A DNA stretch of 50,126 nucleotides from Escherichia phage ev017: the sequence record NC_049948.1; one strand, given 5' to 3'. The position numbers and the translations under genes were made by a program. Each line of letters begins with the position of its first letter. Position 1 is the first letter of the stretch. Shown piece by piece: positions 21,664 through 30,690 of the stretch. The notes under the pieces were generated by a model. That model saw only the letters and a program-made list of their open reading frames with translations, searched no databases and was not told the origin of the DNA.

Positions 21664-21957
21664 ATGGATATAAGCCCCTTACTTCATGCGCTTTGTGCTG
21701 TGGCTGCGCAGATACTGGTTGGTCTTTTTACCGGAAACTGGGCTTACGGAGCGATAGCCGGTTGTACGTTCTTCATTGCGCGTGAACATACCCAGGCAGA
21801 ATATCGCTGGATTGAAATGTTCGGGCATGGCAAGCGAATGAATATGCCGTGGTGGGGCGGTTTTGATCCGCGAGCTTGGGATGTGGCAAGCCTGATGGAT
21901 TTTGCTGTGCCGGTGGTGGCGTGTCTGCTGGTCTGGCTGTTGGTTAATCGTGGGTGA
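21664..21957 (+). CDS. Hypothetical membrane protein
   Basis: 97-aa ORF with RBS-like GGAGG upstream and two hydrophobic segments. Confidence 0.45.
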   Translation: MDISPLLHALCAVAAQILVGLFTGNWAYGAIAGCTFFIAREHTQAEYRWIEMFGHGKRMNMPWWGGFDPRAWDVASLMDFAVPVVACLLVWLLVNRG

Positions 21958-22048
21958 AAAAAGGTGAGCTGTATATGCAACGGAGGAAGAACCCCCGTTG
22001 CTGGAAGCCAGGAAAAAGTATCGGGTGTTGCTGTCCTCGGATGTTGTG

Positions 22049-22906
22049 CTAATTGGGTGATAACAGATCCTGTGTATGGGAGTTTCCCTTTTTGCGTGCG
22101 TTGATGCTGGTAACGGCAAACGTCATGATGAACAAAACCGCGAATAAGACGACAATCGTCGGAGCTGGTGCGCTGTCGATAAAAAAGGACAACCAGACAC
22201 CAGTCATTGACACTATTACCGATATGCCAGTCGCCAGTAGGAGCGCAATATGAAAGCGTTGTGTCAGGAGTACCGCAATGGCGCCAGGCGCAATGAGCAG
22301 AGAAATGGAGAGAATGATACCTACCGCTTTCAGCGTCGCCACAATGGTCAGAGAGACCATGCACAGCAGCCCATAATGCAGCCATCTCGTATGCAAACCG
22401 CTTACCTGCGCCTGTTGATAATCAAAGCTGAACAGCAAAAAATCCCGCCATTTTACGCTAATAACAAGTGTAACCAGCCCGGCAATAATCATCGTCTGGA
22501 TTATATCGCCGATGGTTATCCCGAGCATGTCGCCGAAAAGAATATGGTCAAGATGTACGTCTGGTTTGACTGCAATATACAAGATCAGACCTGCGGCAAA
22601 CATGCCAGAAAAAACAATCCCCATCACTGTATCTTGCTTGATTCGGCTGTTGTCTTTCAGGTATCCCGTCGCCACCGCGCAGAATACTCCGGCGACGAAT
22701 GCCCCTGTAGCCAAAGGTAACCCCAGAATCCAGGCAAGCACGATTCCAGGAAAAACCGCATGACTCATCGCGTCACCCATCAGTGCCCAACCTTTCAGGA
22801 CCAGAAAGACCGACAGCAGCGCACAGGGTATGGAAACTACCAGTGAAATCAGCAGTGCGTGACTCATAAAGGTGAACTGCAGTGGCTCCAGTAATAATGC
22901 CATCAT
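22049..22906 (-). CDS. sitD: Iron/manganese ABC transporter permease SitD
   Basis: 285-aa polytopic membrane protein typical of the ABC-3 permease family; last gene of a 4-gene operon. Confidence 0.88.
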   Translation of the reverse strand: MMALLLEPLQFTFMSHALLISLVVSIPCALLSVFLVLKGWALMGDAMSHAVFPGIVLAWILGLPLATGAFVAGVFCAVATGYLKDNSRIKQDTVMGIVFSGMFAAGLILYIAVKPDVHLDHILFGDMLGITIGDIIQTMIIAGLVTLVISVKWRDFLLFSFDYQQAQVSGLHTRWLHYGLLCMVSLTIVATLKAVGIILSISLLIAPGAIAVLLTQRFHIALLLATGISVIVSMTGVWLSFFIDSAPAPTIVVLFAVLFIMTFAVTSINARKKGNSHTQDLLSPN

Positions 22907-23760
22907 GAGCGATCCTCCAGCGCCTTATGCGCACGCCGACGATTTGCCAAAAGCCCATGGGTGGGCGCAAAGACAAATGCTAAAAGAAACAGCAGTGTCT
23001 GCGCCACCACGATGATTCCACCTGTCGCGCCGTCCAGAAAGTAACTGACCCACGCGCCGAGGAAACTAGTTACACTGCCAATAGTTACAGCAATCATGAG
23101 CAGGCGGGGAAAACGATCGGTTAACAACCATGCTGTTGCACCGGGAGTCACCACCAGACAGATCACCAGAAAGGCACCAACCGTTTGCAGCGCCGCAACG
23201 GTCGAAACCGACAGCAGGGTGAAGAAGATGAGTTTTAATCTGCCCGGATGCAATCCAATAGCACGGGCGTGATTCTCGTCGAAAAAGGTCACCATAAGAT
23301 CTTTCCATTTGAAAAAAAGCACGATGATCGAGAGAATGCCAATGATAGTGAGTTGCAGGATATCCGCCGGATCGATTGCCAGAATATTGCCCAGGACGAT
23401 GGTCTGAATGTTCACAGATGTCGGGTTCAATGACACCATAAACAGCCCCAGGCCAAAAAAGGACGAGAAGATCAGACCGATGATGGCATCTTCTTTTAAG
23501 CGGGTGCGTTGGTTAAGAAACAGCATGCTGCCCGCAGCCAGTCCGCCGGAAAAGAAGGCTCCCAGAGAAAACGGAAGCCCCAGCATATATGCCCCCGCAA
23601 CACCCGGGACAATAGAGTGCGACAACGCATCGCCAATCAGCGACCAGCCTTTTAGCATCAGATAGCATGACAGGAAAGCGCAGAGACCGCCGACCATCGC
23701 CGAGACCCACATCGCATTGAGCATATATTCATAGCTGAAGGGTTCCAGTAGCACGTTCAT
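22903..23760 (-). CDS. sitC: Iron/manganese ABC transporter permease SitC
   Basis: 285-aa ABC-3 family permease, translationally coupled to sitB and sitD. Confidence 0.88.
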   Translation of the reverse strand: MNVLLEPFSYEYMLNAMWVSAMVGGLCAFLSCYLMLKGWSLIGDALSHSIVPGVAGAYMLGLPFSLGAFFSGGLAAGSMLFLNQRTRLKEDAIIGLIFSSFFGLGLFMVSLNPTSVNIQTIVLGNILAIDPADILQLTIIGILSIIVLFFKWKDLMVTFFDENHARAIGLHPGRLKLIFFTLLSVSTVAALQTVGAFLVICLVVTPGATAWLLTDRFPRLLMIAVTIGSVTSFLGAWVSYFLDGATGGIIVVAQTLLFLLAFVFAPTHGLLANRRRAHKALEDRS

Positions 23761-24584
23761 CTTTCTTCCCTCTGCACCGCTGACGGTCGATGAGCCACAA
23801 AAGGGCGTTCATCGTCAGTAATAATGCTTTCTTCCGAGCCGTTAAGTGTGACATGGCGCAGTACGCCGCTAAAAGCCAGCTCTAGGTTCTCGGCTGTAAA
23901 AGTGGTGTCTGTCGGCCCGCTTGCCAGGACGGTGCCTTTGACCATGACCGTATAATCGCAAAATGTCGTGACGGATCCGAGATTGTGTGTTGAGACAAGC
24001 ATCGTTTTGCCTTCCGCGCGTAACTCCCTCAACAGGCTGATGATTTTGGCTTCGGTTTTCACATCAACGCCAGTAAAAGGTTCATCCAGCAGGATCACAT
24101 CACCCTGCTGTGCAATCGCTCTCGCCAGAAAGACGCGTTTCTTTTGTCCACCGGAAAGCTCGCCGATTTGTCGATGGCGAAAATTCACCATATCGACACG
24201 TTCCAGCGCATCGGTGACAATTTGACGATCCCTCTTTTTGGCGATACGCAACATACCCATATGCCCATAGCGGCCCATCATCACCACATCTTCCACCAGT
24301 ACAGGAAATGACCAGTCAACATCTTCTGACTGAGGGACGTAGGCAACCAGGTTTTTCTGTAACGCCTGTCGCGTGGGAATACCCAGAACAGATATCTTTC
24401 CGCTGGTCAGACGCACAAATCCCATAATCGCTTTAAACAACGTCGATTTTCCGGAACCGTTTACCCCAACCAGAGCGGCAATAGATCCACTTGGTACTGT
24501 GAAGGATGCATCGCGCAGTGCTGTGTGCCCGTTACGCCAGGTGACAGTAACATCATTAACGACAATGCCTGCAGATTGCATCAT
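23757..24584 (-). CDS. sitB: Iron/manganese ABC transporter ATP-binding protein SitB
   Basis: Walker [13 protein letters not shown] signature LSGGQKKR, Walker B ILLDEP. Confidence 0.92.
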   Translation of the reverse strand: MMQSAGIVVNDVTVTWRNGHTALRDASFTVPSGSIAALVGVNGSGKSTLFKAIMGFVRLTSGKISVLGIPTRQALQKNLVAYVPQSEDVDWSFPVLVEDVVMMGRYGHMGMLRIAKKRDRQIVTDALERVDMVNFRHRQIGELSGGQKKRVFLARAIAQQGDVILLDEPFTGVDVKTEAKIISLLRELRAEGKTMLVSTHNLGSVTTFCDYTVMVKGTVLASGPTDTTFTAENLELAFSGVLRHVTLNGSEESIITDDERPFVAHRPSAVQREER

Positions 24585-25498
24585 TATTTCTCCCTTTTCC
24601 CAGCTTTAATTCCCTGTACCAGCGTACTGGTAGTAACCTTAAGAAGGTCGATATACGTCGGTACCGGGCCGTTTTCTGTGCTCAGGGAATCGACATAGAG
24701 CACACCGCCGTAGTGTGCGCCGGTTTCACGCGCAACCTGACGCGCTGGTTTATCGGAAATCGTACTCTCGCTAAAGACTGCCGGGATATGATTTTTCTTA
24801 ACTATATCAACAACCTTACGTACCTGCTGCGGTGTTCCTTGTTGATCGGCATTAATCGGCCACAGATAAAGCTCTTTTAGCCCCAAATCGCGTGCGAGAT
24901 AAGAAAAAGCCCCTTCACTGGTGACCATCCATCGCTGATTCTCAGGGAGTTCCGTAATCTGCTTACGCAGGGGGGCAAGGGTTTGGGTAATCTTGGCTTT
25001 ATAAGTATCGGCATTGCGTTGGTAGGTTTGTGCATTTGCCGGATCGTATTTTATCAACGCATCACGAATATTATCGACGTAAATCAGAGCATTATCTGGC
25101 GACATCCATGCATGGGGGTTAGGTTTGCCCTCATAGGGTCCTTCGGTGATCCCTACAGGCGTCACACCCGAAGAGACAATTACTTCTGGAACCCCATTGA
25201 GATGCTGGTAAAAGCGTTGGAACCACAATTCCAGATTCATACCATTGGCGAGAATCAGTTGTGCCCCCTGCGCACGTTTAATATCGCCAGGGGTAGGCTG
25301 ATACTCATGAATTTCTGCACCAGGCTTGGTTATGGATGAGACTTCTGCAGCATCTCCCGCCACGTTTTTGGCCATATCCGCGATGATGGTAAATGTTGTA
25401 ATGACCTTGAATTTTTCAGTTGCACTTGCCTGAAATGCGATCGAGCAGGTGAGTGCGAGGCCCCCCAAGAGCATGGTTACTTTTTTTATCGAGTGCAT
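24584..25498 (-). CDS. sitA: Periplasmic metal-binding protein SitA
   Basis: 304 aa with N-terminal signal peptide; cluster-9 metal-binding lipoprotein-like; first gene of operon. Confidence 0.88.
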   Translation of the reverse strand: MHSIKKVTMLLGGLALTCSIAFQASATEKFKVITTFTIIADMAKNVAGDAAEVSSITKPGAEIHEYQPTPGDIKRAQGAQLILANGMNLELWFQRFYQHLNGVPEVIVSSGVTPVGITEGPYEGKPNPHAWMSPDNALIYVDNIRDALIKYDPANAQTYQRNADTYKAKITQTLAPLRKQITELPENQRWMVTSEGAFSYLARDLGLKELYLWPINADQQGTPQQVRKVVDIVKKNHIPAVFSESTISDKPARQVARETGAHYGGVLYVDSLSTENGPVPTYIDLLKVTTSTLVQGIKAGKREK

Positions 25499-25530
25499 AA
25501 TTTAGTACCTATAGTGAGCAAAATTAGAAC

Positions 25531-25552
25531 AAACATAGCAACGGCTATGTTT
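25531..25552 (-). promoter_or_regulatory. MntR box-like palindrome in sit promoter
   Basis: AAACATAGC-n4-GCTATGTTT inverted repeat upstream of sitA. Confidence 0.65.
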
Positions 25553-25570
25553 TATAGCACAACCTATACA

Positions 25571-25590
25571 AAATGAAAATGATTATCATT
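25571..25590 (-). promoter_or_regulatory. Fur box-like site in sit promoter
   Basis: AAATGAAAATGATTATCATT resembles the Fur consensus GATAATGATAATCATTATC. Confidence 0.6.
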
Positions 25591-25883
25591 AGCGGTTTTG
25601 AGGCCCAAAACAGGGATTAGGTTGTTTCCGGCTGGCGACGCGTTATTGAGGAAAAAAGTAAGGCAGCTAGTAGGCTTTGAAATAACGTTTTGCGGTTGGC
25701 TGATGCAATTTCGAGAGTGCATGTATTGAATGATTTCTAGCCGTTACTGATTTTCGTATTTTTTGTATGGGAGGATTTGCACCTCTCCCCACCGAGCCTC
25801 CATGACTTTACTCCACTGTCTCTAGGGCTGCTGTGTGCCAGGAGCGGAAGCAGGGGGGCCAGAGACTCCTTAAAAGTTGATAG

Positions 25884-25985
25884 CTCGTTTTGCAGGGAGA
25901 CTTACACGGTAAGCGTTATTCCGAAGAGCTTAAAATTGAAGCAGTCAAACGGGTTGTTGAGCGTGTTTATGCGCTGCCATCTGAT
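25884..25985 (+). mobile_element. Possible remnant of an IS3-family transposase OrfA (fragment only)
   Basis: Short frame encoding ...GKRYSEELKIEAVKRVVERVYALPSD resembles the N-terminal HTH region of IS3-family OrfA; no intact transposase or inverted repeats seen. Confidence 0.25.
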
Positions 25986-26184
25986 TAATCGACGGAAGCA
26001 GTTCCGTTTGGTCTATGATGCAGTTGTCCGGCAGGCGCTCTGTGACGCAAAAGAACGATAGGAGTAGCATTGAAGTGAACGAGGTTATGCTTGTCTTATA
26101 TTATCCTCTATTTTAAAAACATCAGCTGGTTGTGTAAGAGTTTTTATTGTTTTATCTTGTTGACTTTGCTTTTATGAAAACAGA

Positions 26185-26955
26185 GTGATTGATACAATGA
26201 AAACCTTAAGTGGGAAAGAGTTTAGGAAATTATTTAATCGTTATGAGACAGGATTCTATCTAAGTGAGTTTGAATACTTAAAGGACTTTGATCCTTTGTT
26301 TCCTGAATGCGTAGGGAAAGAATTAAAGTTGGGTTATAAACGAAAAGTTGATGTATGGTGCGAAGAGGATGCTGCGCTATATGCAGAATTTATAGCTACA
26401 AAAGAAAGGCTGAAAAGAGGCCGGTTAATCCTAAAAATAAACCAAGTGTGGTCGCGTGTATATCCTGCTTATATTTATGCAATTGAAGAAAGAATAAATG
26501 TCAGGGCAAAGGGGAGAGAGTCATTTAAGTATGAAACTGTGCAAGAAAAACAATGTAAACTTTCCATAATGTTAGATGGTCTGAAAGACCTTGAATGTGA
26601 AATAGCTATGATTTCAAGTGAGTTTGAAATTGAAAAACACTCTATGCACTATTTTTATATGATTTTTGATATTGAACGCTATATAAATGACTGCAGTTAC
26701 TTTGTTTTTTCTGCTGCTAAAGTTGTTAAAGGCGTGATTCAATGCATTGGTTACATTGACAAAAATAACAAAGCAAGTTGCGATGAATTTTATTCAGGCA
26801 GCTATGAATGCTTGGATGATGATCAGGAAACACTGAACTATTTAAATGAATCATGCGCAGAGGGTATAGACGCTGATAAAGATCTCATCAGGAAGAATGA
26901 GTTATTAGCCTTATCCCTGAAGGAATTGTATCAACTTCTCGTTTCAAAAAAATAA
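26185..26955 (+). CDS. Hypothetical protein (AT-rich orphan cargo gene)
   Basis: 256-aa ORF, markedly AT-rich relative to its flanks, own upstream AT-rich region; no recognised motif. Confidence 0.6.
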   Translation: MIDTMKTLSGKEFRKLFNRYETGFYLSEFEYLKDFDPLFPECVGKELKLGYKRKVDVWCEEDAALYAEFIATKERLKRGRLILKINQVWSRVYPAYIYAIEERINVRAKGRESFKYETVQEKQCKLSIMLDGLKDLECEIAMISSEFEIEKHSMHYFYMIFDIERYINDCSYFVFSAAKVVKGVIQCIGYIDKNNKASCDEFYSGSYECLDDDQETLNYLNESCAEGIDADKDLIRKNELLALSLKELYQLLVSKK

Positions 26956-27414
26956 CAAGTAATACGGCGAGCGATATGACGTGCCATGGGATATCCGCAC
27001 CCAGCAGCATGTTGTCTCCACGATGTCCGCAGTTCGCTCATAATAGACATTCACTACAGTTATAGTAGAAGGTATGCATGCTGCTGAGTGGGGAAAGTGT
27101 GAAAGAAAAGAAGACAGCTGCTTTGTTTGTCGTCACGTTTATCTTCATTGGCTATGCAAGTCGTAATACAAGGCGGGACAAAACTGAGACACATAAGGCC
27201 TCGCAATGGCTTGCAAGGCCACACATGTATTGAGATGTTAATAAAATGTAGACTTGTAATTTTGATATAAATGGTAGAGAAAATCTTTCCCCAAAATAAA
27301 AACGAACGTCAATGAAATCAAACGGTTGAATAAAGTTGATTTTGGCTAATACAAAGACAAGAAAATAATATTTATGATTAAATATCAGCGAGTTGAATAC
27401 ATAATTTTTATATA

Positions 27415-27579
27415 CTGCTGCGCCATATGGGCTGGACTGAAGCCGCAGACCTGATTGTTAAAGGTATGGAAGGCGCAATCAATGCGAAGACCGTAACCTA
27501 TGACTTCGAACGTCTGATGGAAGGCGCTAAGCTGCTGAAATGTTCAGAGTTTGGTGATGCGATCATCAAGAATATGTAA
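27415..27579 (+). other. icd': Phage-borne 3' fragment of icd (isocitrate dehydrogenase) within the attP region
   Basis: Encodes ...[52 protein letters not shown]-stop, matching the C-terminus of E. coli Icd with substitutions; no upstream icd body. Confidence 0.8.
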
Positions 27580-27602
27580 TCACTACATGTGTTAAATATT
27601 GT

Positions 27603-27630
27603 AACGGGCGTATAACACGCCCGTTGTTTT
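27603..27630 (+). terminator. Rho-independent terminator-like hairpin after the icd fragment
   Basis: AACGGGCG-TATAACA-CGCCCGTT stem-loop followed by GTTTT. Confidence 0.6.
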
Positions 27631-27644
27631 ATGATGATGTAAAA

Positions 27645-27685
27645 TCTTCCCCAAAACTTTCCCCAAAACCCTTCCCCAAAACTGG
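27645..27685. repeat. Three tandem (C/T)TTCCCCAAAAC repeats; candidate integrase arm-type binding sites (a further copy at about 27284-27297)
   Basis: Direct repeats read in the sequence, immediately adjacent to the int stop. Confidence 0.55.
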
Positions 27686-27692
27686 CTATTTT

Positions 27693-28835
27693 CTATGCTG
27701 TTTTGATATCTACGATAATCCAGTCTTTACCACGATCATCATTGTATCGGTCGGTCATTTTTCTGGATTTATGACCTAACAACTTTTGCGTATCCAGACC
27801 CTGTTCCCGATATAACCGTTCTGACAGAGATCGCTGCTCATGAAATGTGGGCGCAGTTCCTGGCTCCCATTTTATGCCACATTTTTCCCTGGCCTTTTTA
27901 AAAGCCGTTGTAAGAGTATTTGCAGACACCTGGTCTCCTCTGTTTGCTTGAGAGGTAGTGTGACGGTAATGGACCAGATATTTACTAACAACAGCATCCC
28001 TGCACTGAGATATAACTTCACGAAGGGTAATATTCAGAGCATCGCATTTCAGGTTAAGCGGAATAGCAAGTTTTGAACCGGTTTTTTCCTGAGTAATGTG
28101 CAACATGTCGTCCCAGATATCAGAGAATTTCAAATTGCAGATATCGCCTAAACGTTGTCCAGTGACAAGAGCAAGTAGCATCCCGCATTTTAAATAGGGC
28201 TGCCGTCTGCTTACGCTGTCAAATATTGCCTGCCATTCGGGCAGTGATAATCTTTGGCGGTTTACTCGATTTCGCGGTTGTTTTGTTGCCTGCGCTGGGT
28301 TAAATCCTGGCGGAACATGTCCTGCGTGTTGTGCTTCTTTGAAGACGTCGATCAACACCATTCTCACGACTTGCGCCATCCTGTTATGACCTTCAGCCTT
28401 TACAGCATCAATTATTTCGGCAATATCAAGTGCGGTAATATCCTTGAGGTGTTGCATTCCACAATGCTCACGGAAAAGACGAATGGGTTTGCCTTTTTGC
28501 CGATAGGAGTTGGGTCTTAGTTCATTATGTTGCAGCCTGTCCTCCTGGATAGAAATATATTTATCAAGCCATTCTGTCACCGTAATGTCTGAGCGCCTGC
28601 CTTTCATTCTTTCTAGACGCTCATTGACGCTTAATATTTGTCGGGTACGTTGTTCAGCAATAATGGTATTTGCTTCAGTAGCAACTTGTTTTGCTTCATT
28701 CTCATCAGTTCCTAAGCTATGAAAACGACCGGATAGTGGATGTTTGTATTGCCAATATACCTTTCCGGTTCGCTTATCTAATTTGCAATATAAATTGGGT
28801 ATAGAGATTTTGTGAGATCGGGGTCTAGCAGCCAT
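27693..28835 (-). CDS. int: Tyrosine integrase (icd-targeting, phage 21/e14-like)
   Basis: 380-aa ORF; catalytic-domain R...HxxR...Y pattern (LGHKSRKMTDRY); adjacent to icd fragment and xis. Confidence 0.9.
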   Translation of the reverse strand: MAARPRSHKISIPNLYCKLDKRTGKVYWQYKHPLSGRFHSLGTDENEAKQVATEANTIIAEQRTRQILSVNERLERMKGRRSDITVTEWLDKYISIQEDRLQHNELRPNSYRQKGKPIRLFREHCGMQHLKDITALDIAEIIDAVKAEGHNRMAQVVRMVLIDVFKEAQHAGHVPPGFNPAQATKQPRNRVNRQRLSLPEWQAIFDSVSRRQPYLKCGMLLALVTGQRLGDICNLKFSDIWDDMLHITQEKTGSKLAIPLNLKCDALNITLREVISQCRDAVVSKYLVHYRHTTSQANRGDQVSANTLTTAFKKAREKCGIKWEPGTAPTFHEQRSLSERLYREQGLDTQKLLGHKSRKMTDRYNDDRGKDWIIVDIKTA

Positions 28836-29061
28836 CAGCGATTATCCGTTGGAGTTTTGGGTTTGCGTTTATTGGGAGTTGCGGTTCTGCAAGCGTTCCT
28901 ACAAAACGGGAATTTCGGTCAATCATCCAGTAGCGACCAACTTTTATAGCGGGTGGGGCCATCATTTTCCCTTGCGCGTATTTTTTCAGAACTCGCTCAC
29001 TTGGTGCTAAGTCCCCAAATTCTTCTTTAGCCCAGTCCTGTAAAGTGATTAGTCGAGACAT
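28825..29061 (-). CDS. xis: Excisionase
   Basis: 78-aa ORF overlapping the int start; LITLQDWA...winged-helix-like N-terminus. Confidence 0.7.
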   Translation of the reverse strand: MSRLITLQDWAKEEFGDLAPSERVLKKYAQGKMMAPPAIKVGRYWMIDRNSRFVGTLAEPQLPINANPKLQRIIADGC

Positions 29062-29200
29062 TTGTCCTCCTCTTAGCTGCTGAGGGAGTTTGTGACCGAT
29101 ATATCTGACATGATATTAAGCTCATGGCAGGTACATCTCTTGACTGGTCATAGAGATAAATTTAATGCTGAGAAATGCAGTATTGAATTTATCAATTTTT

Positions 29201-29440
29201 CTATTTCCTGCGTATGGCACGTAACTTCTTAATGTGTTCTGCTGTTTCGATCTCTTCAGCTATCCGATCTGCGTCAGCTTTATTCACAGGTTCAAAGTCA
29301 TGATTAAAGCGGAACATGCTGGCGATACATGTTCTGCCTTTTCGGATGTAGTGAACTTTGTTGTGAGTGGAACGCAGGATTTTGCAGGGAGTGCCGTGGT
29401 GGTCGACGTACCAGGTGTTAGGGTAAATCACTCTGAACAT
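29201..29440 (-). CDS. Hypothetical protein
   Basis: 79-aa ORF in the int-proximal left operon. Confidence 0.45.
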   Translation of the reverse strand: MFRVIYPNTWYVDHHGTPCKILRSTHNKVHYIRKGRTCIASMFRFNHDFEPVNKADADRIAEEIETAEHIKKLRAIRRK

Positions 29441-29465
29441 TCTTGACCTTGTGTTGTGCGGATTG

Positions 29466-29750
29466 TTATTCAGTGCCGATATTTACCTTTATCGCGTATA
29501 CCTTTACCGGTTTATCACCGAAGTGCGGATGTGTGATTGTCTTCACTTCATATCCGTCATACGGAACATCAACTCTGCGGCTGGAATCGTCGCGCTTCGG
29601 ATATCCCTTTGTGATAATCAGGCGGTCATGCTTACGGTTAACGAGGCGCTTTTTCCAGTAGTCATTACACAGGCGATACTCTTCCGTTTTCTCTCCGCGA
29701 ATCATGGCATCGAAGTATTCACCTTTAACGGCAAGTTGCAGGTTAGCCAC
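29466..29750 (-). CDS. ASCH/DUF3850-like domain protein
   Basis: LQLAVKGEYFDAMIRGEKTEEYR resembles the ASCH-like fold motif; probable GTG start at 29750 preceded by AAGGAG. Confidence 0.5.
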   Translation of the reverse strand: MANLQLAVKGEYFDAMIRGEKTEEYRLCNDYWKKRLVNRKHDRLIITKGYPKRDDSSRRVDVPYDGYEVKTITHPHFGDKPVKVYAIKVNIGTE

Positions 29751-30483
29751 GGTTAACTCCTTGCTGTGTGGCGTCGAGTAATAAATCCCACAACCGCTGA
29801 GAGCAATTTCCGCATGTACAGCGTTGACCCACAACGTTTATCGCGTTGCTGATTTCCGGCGTTACCTGTTTAGGAACCATAACCCAACCATCCGGAGTTA
29901 CCGGAAGCGAGAACGGCAGCACATCTCTGTGAACAAGTTTTTGCTGTGACAGGTTATCCAGAACTTTCTGTACTGCTGCATCACCGAATACACCAAGCGC
30001 ATCTGCCATAACTCCTACAACCTGATAAGCCTCAGCGCATACCGTGGATAAACCATCCGGAATTACCGGAGAGTTGCCGGGTTCTTTAATGTGCAAGCGA
30101 GGCTCACCATCTTTTGGCTCAGGCCACTGGCGCTCCATGTTGATCTTCAATTTATCTTCCATAGCAACGGTAATTTCAGCATCGCTGATGCCAGCACGGC
30201 GCTGTGCATCCCACAACAGAAACTGCATATCAGCCCACTCGCTAAGATCGTCTGGTTCGGCTGCGGCTTCCAGTGCCTCTTTTGAGAGGTGTTTCAGTGG
30301 ACCAATGGGGCCAACGCAGCCAAATGTGGAGTCAGACCATTTGGCATGCTCGTGGCGAATCTGTTCGCGTTCCAGTGATGCCAGTGCAATTCGTGCTAGT
30401 TCCATTTGTTCGCCACGAGTAAGCCCGTTTTCAAGCGGATTTTTAATGAACAATTCAATACGTTCTTTGGTAATAGTGGTCAT
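29743..30483 (-). CDS. Hypothetical protein
   Basis: 246-aa ORF; shares an NSPVIPG segment and an ~20-bp DNA repeat with the 30691-31224 gene. Confidence 0.55.
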   Translation of the reverse strand: MTTITKERIELFIKNPLENGLTRGEQMELARIALASLEREQIRHEHAKWSDSTFGCVGPIGPLKHLSKEALEAAAEPDDLSEWADMQFLLWDAQRRAGISDAEITVAMEDKLKINMERQWPEPKDGEPRLHIKEPGNSPVIPDGLSTVCAEAYQVVGVMADALGVFGDAAVQKVLDNLSQQKLVHRDVLPFSLPVTPDGWVMVPKQVTPEISNAINVVGQRCTCGNCSQRLWDLLLDATQQGVNRG

Positions 30484-30689
30484 GTGTTAATCCTCAAAAC
30501 TTTATGCCCGGGCGCAAAAGTACGTGTTTTGTCTTTGCTTATTCGCCACCCGTCTTTACGGGCCTCTTTTGCACAACCAGACCATGACGTACCGATATAC
30601 TCACCGAAGTCTGGCACTGGATATACACCTTCCGTACACTGGCGACAATCACAATAGAGATGCATGGTGTAACTTGCGGCAATAGCCAT
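30480..30689 (-). CDS. Hypothetical Cys-rich small protein
   Basis: Met at 30689 (MAIAASYTMHLYCDCRQC); coupled to neighbours. Confidence 0.45.
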   Translation of the reverse strand: MAIAASYTMHLYCDCRQCTEGVYPVPDFGEYIGTSWSGCAKEARKDGWRISKDKTRTFAPGHKVLRINT

Positions 30690-30690
30690 A

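Noticed and set aside
22250-22763. Plus-strand ORFs (156 and 83 aa) overlapping sitD
   Set aside because: Antisense to a well-supported ABC permease gene; no independent signals.
25777-26061. 94-aa plus-strand ORF (MHLSPPSLHDF...) as a real gene
   Set aside because: No RBS, odd composition, and an alternative frame gives an IS-like HTH fragment; more likely a non-coding junction or scar.
27415-27579. icd fragment as evidence that the window is an integrated prophage with flanking host DNA
   Set aside because: Only the 3' ~55 codons of icd are present, with no upstream gene body, and both contig ends are cos; this is the phage-borne attP copy.
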